Made by a program: the position numbers and the translations under genes. This document shows positions 53,088 to 53,854 of a stretch of 53,854 nucleotides of DNA, one piece after another. The notes under the pieces were generated by a model. That model searched no databases and had not been told where the DNA came from. It saw only the letters and a program-made list of their open reading frames with translations. The stretch spans positions 1-53,854 of the forward strand of contig DAOTVW010000195.1 in NCBI GenBank assembly GCA_034436035.1, written 5' to 3'. The DNA is from Anaerolineales bacterium (lineage in GTDB: Bacteria; Chloroflexota; Anaerolineae; Anaerolineales; UBA4823). Position 1 is the first letter of the stretch; each line of letters opens with the position of its first letter.

Positions 53088-53854
53088 ATGCACGAAATTG
53101 ACCTGACGATCGATACCGACCTTACCCGCCAAATCTTATGTGGCTTTTTAAAAACCGAAATCACCCGAGCTGGTTTTCAGCACGCCGTAGTAGGGCTTTC
53201 GGGTGGGATTGATTCGGCGCTTTCCTGTTTTCTGGCAGCGGAAGCGCTTGGCGCTCAGAATGTCTTGGCAGTGCGGATGCCGTACAAAAATTCTTCCGCT
53301 GATTCCCTGGAACATGCTCAGTTGGTGATTGACCAATTAGGGGTGGAGTCGGTCACCATTCCGATCACGGAGATGGTGGAACCGCTTTTTCAACGCGATC
53401 CGGAGATGAGTTCGATGCGGCGCGGGAATATTATGGCGCGGGCGCGGATGATAGTCCTGTACGATCAATCCGAAGTCTTCAAAGGGTTGGTGGTGGGAAC
53501 AGGGAATAAGACCGAAATCCTGCTTGGCTATACCACACTCTATGGCGATTCTGCCTGCGCGCTCAATCCCTTGGGGGATTTATATAAAACCCAGGTGCGG
53601 CAGCTTGCCCGCGCCATGGGTGTGCCAGAGGTGATTATCCAAAAACCGCCCACCGCCGACTTATGGAAGGGGCAAACGGACGAAGGTGAGTTAGGGTTCA
53701 CCTATGCCGAGGTGGATAAGCTGCTCTACTTGCTGGTGGATCAGCGCTACAGCCCGCAGGATTGTGTGGAAGCTGGTTTTGCAGAAGAGTTTGTGCGTAA
53801 GGTGGTGGAGAAGATTCGCCGCAATCACTTCAAGCGGGTGCTGCCACCGATTGC
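53088..53854 (+). CDS. nadE: NAD+ synthetase (PP-loop ATP pyrophosphatase), 3'-truncated by the window end
   Basis: Translating from ATG 53088 gives MHEIDLTIDTD...GLSGGIDSAL (SGGxDS PP-loop)...YGD. The frame stays open to the window end. Confidence 0.85.
   Translation, partial: MHEIDLTIDTDLTRQILCGFLKTEITRAGFQHAVVGLSGGIDSALSCFLAAEALGAQNVLAVRMPYKNSSADSLEHAQLVIDQLGVESVTIPITEMVEPLFQRDPEMSSMRRGNIMARARMIVLYDQSEVFKGLVVGTGNKTEILLGYTTLYGDSACALNPLGDLYKTQVRQLARAMGVPEVIIQKPPTADLWKGQTDEGELGFTYAEVDKLLYLLVDQRYSPQDCVEAGFAEEFVRKVVEKIRRNHFKRVLPPI

Overview
Gene-dense bacterial chromosomal segment of 53.9 kb with about 52 CDS and 2 tRNAs. I saw no rRNA, CRISPR array, transposase, integrase or recognisable defence system. 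Hand counts of sampled 60-nt lines give about 45-55% GC, apart from one AT-richer block at about 26.5-30.4 kb (sampled lines about 28-42% GC). The protein sequences loosely suggest a Chloroflexota/Anaerolineae-like organism, but this is an unverified impression. Blocks: (i) 1-5.3 kb: tRNA-Asn, an oversized cysteine hydrolase, a replication module (dnaB, a DnaD-like gene and an unusual tandem double DnaC/DnaI-like AAA+ loader with a zinc ribbon) and a BFN nuclease. (ii) 5.7-11.6 kb: an OmpR-type regulator whose receiver lacks all phospho-acceptor residues, an orphan beta-class DNA methyltransferase, a cDPG-synthetase-like P-loop protein, argS, rpsT and tRNA-Lys. (iii) 11.7-14.8 kb: a surface protein plus an ABC-2 exporter. 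(iv) 15-33.4 kb: a large carbohydrate-type catabolic locus. It has a Pot/Afu-type ABC importer with an embedded cytosolic protein of unknown function, a class I aldolase, an FGGY kinase, a Fuc/Ara-type isomerase, DeoR, an archaeal-type TIM, YjbQ, an AT-rich paralogous importer set lacking an ATPase, a GHMP sugar kinase and a non-Pyl MttB homologue. (v) 33.5-35.4 kb: a membrane-anchored rhodanese and an ADP-ribosylglycohydrolase. (vi) 35.4-44.9 kb: a ten-gene minus-strand array of an ArsR-family regulator, a trihaem cytochrome c, a split YeeE/YedE pair, PsrABC-like molybdoenzyme genes, cytochrome b (b6-type His spacing), a multihaem cytochrome with 8 CXXCH plus one CX4CH motif, and a Rieske protein. 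(vii) 45.5-50.4 kb: rimI, rnd, a beta-CASP RNase and a 594-aa protein with an HprK-like kinase core. (viii) 50.4-53.9 kb: an NfeD/stomatin pair, then separate nitrilase-like and nadE genes. The best candidates for something undescribed are the Psr/bc/multihaem/YeeE array, the HprK-like protein in the RNase operon, and the Pot-type-importer sugar pathway with its AT-rich paralogue island. Novelty cannot be established without database searches.
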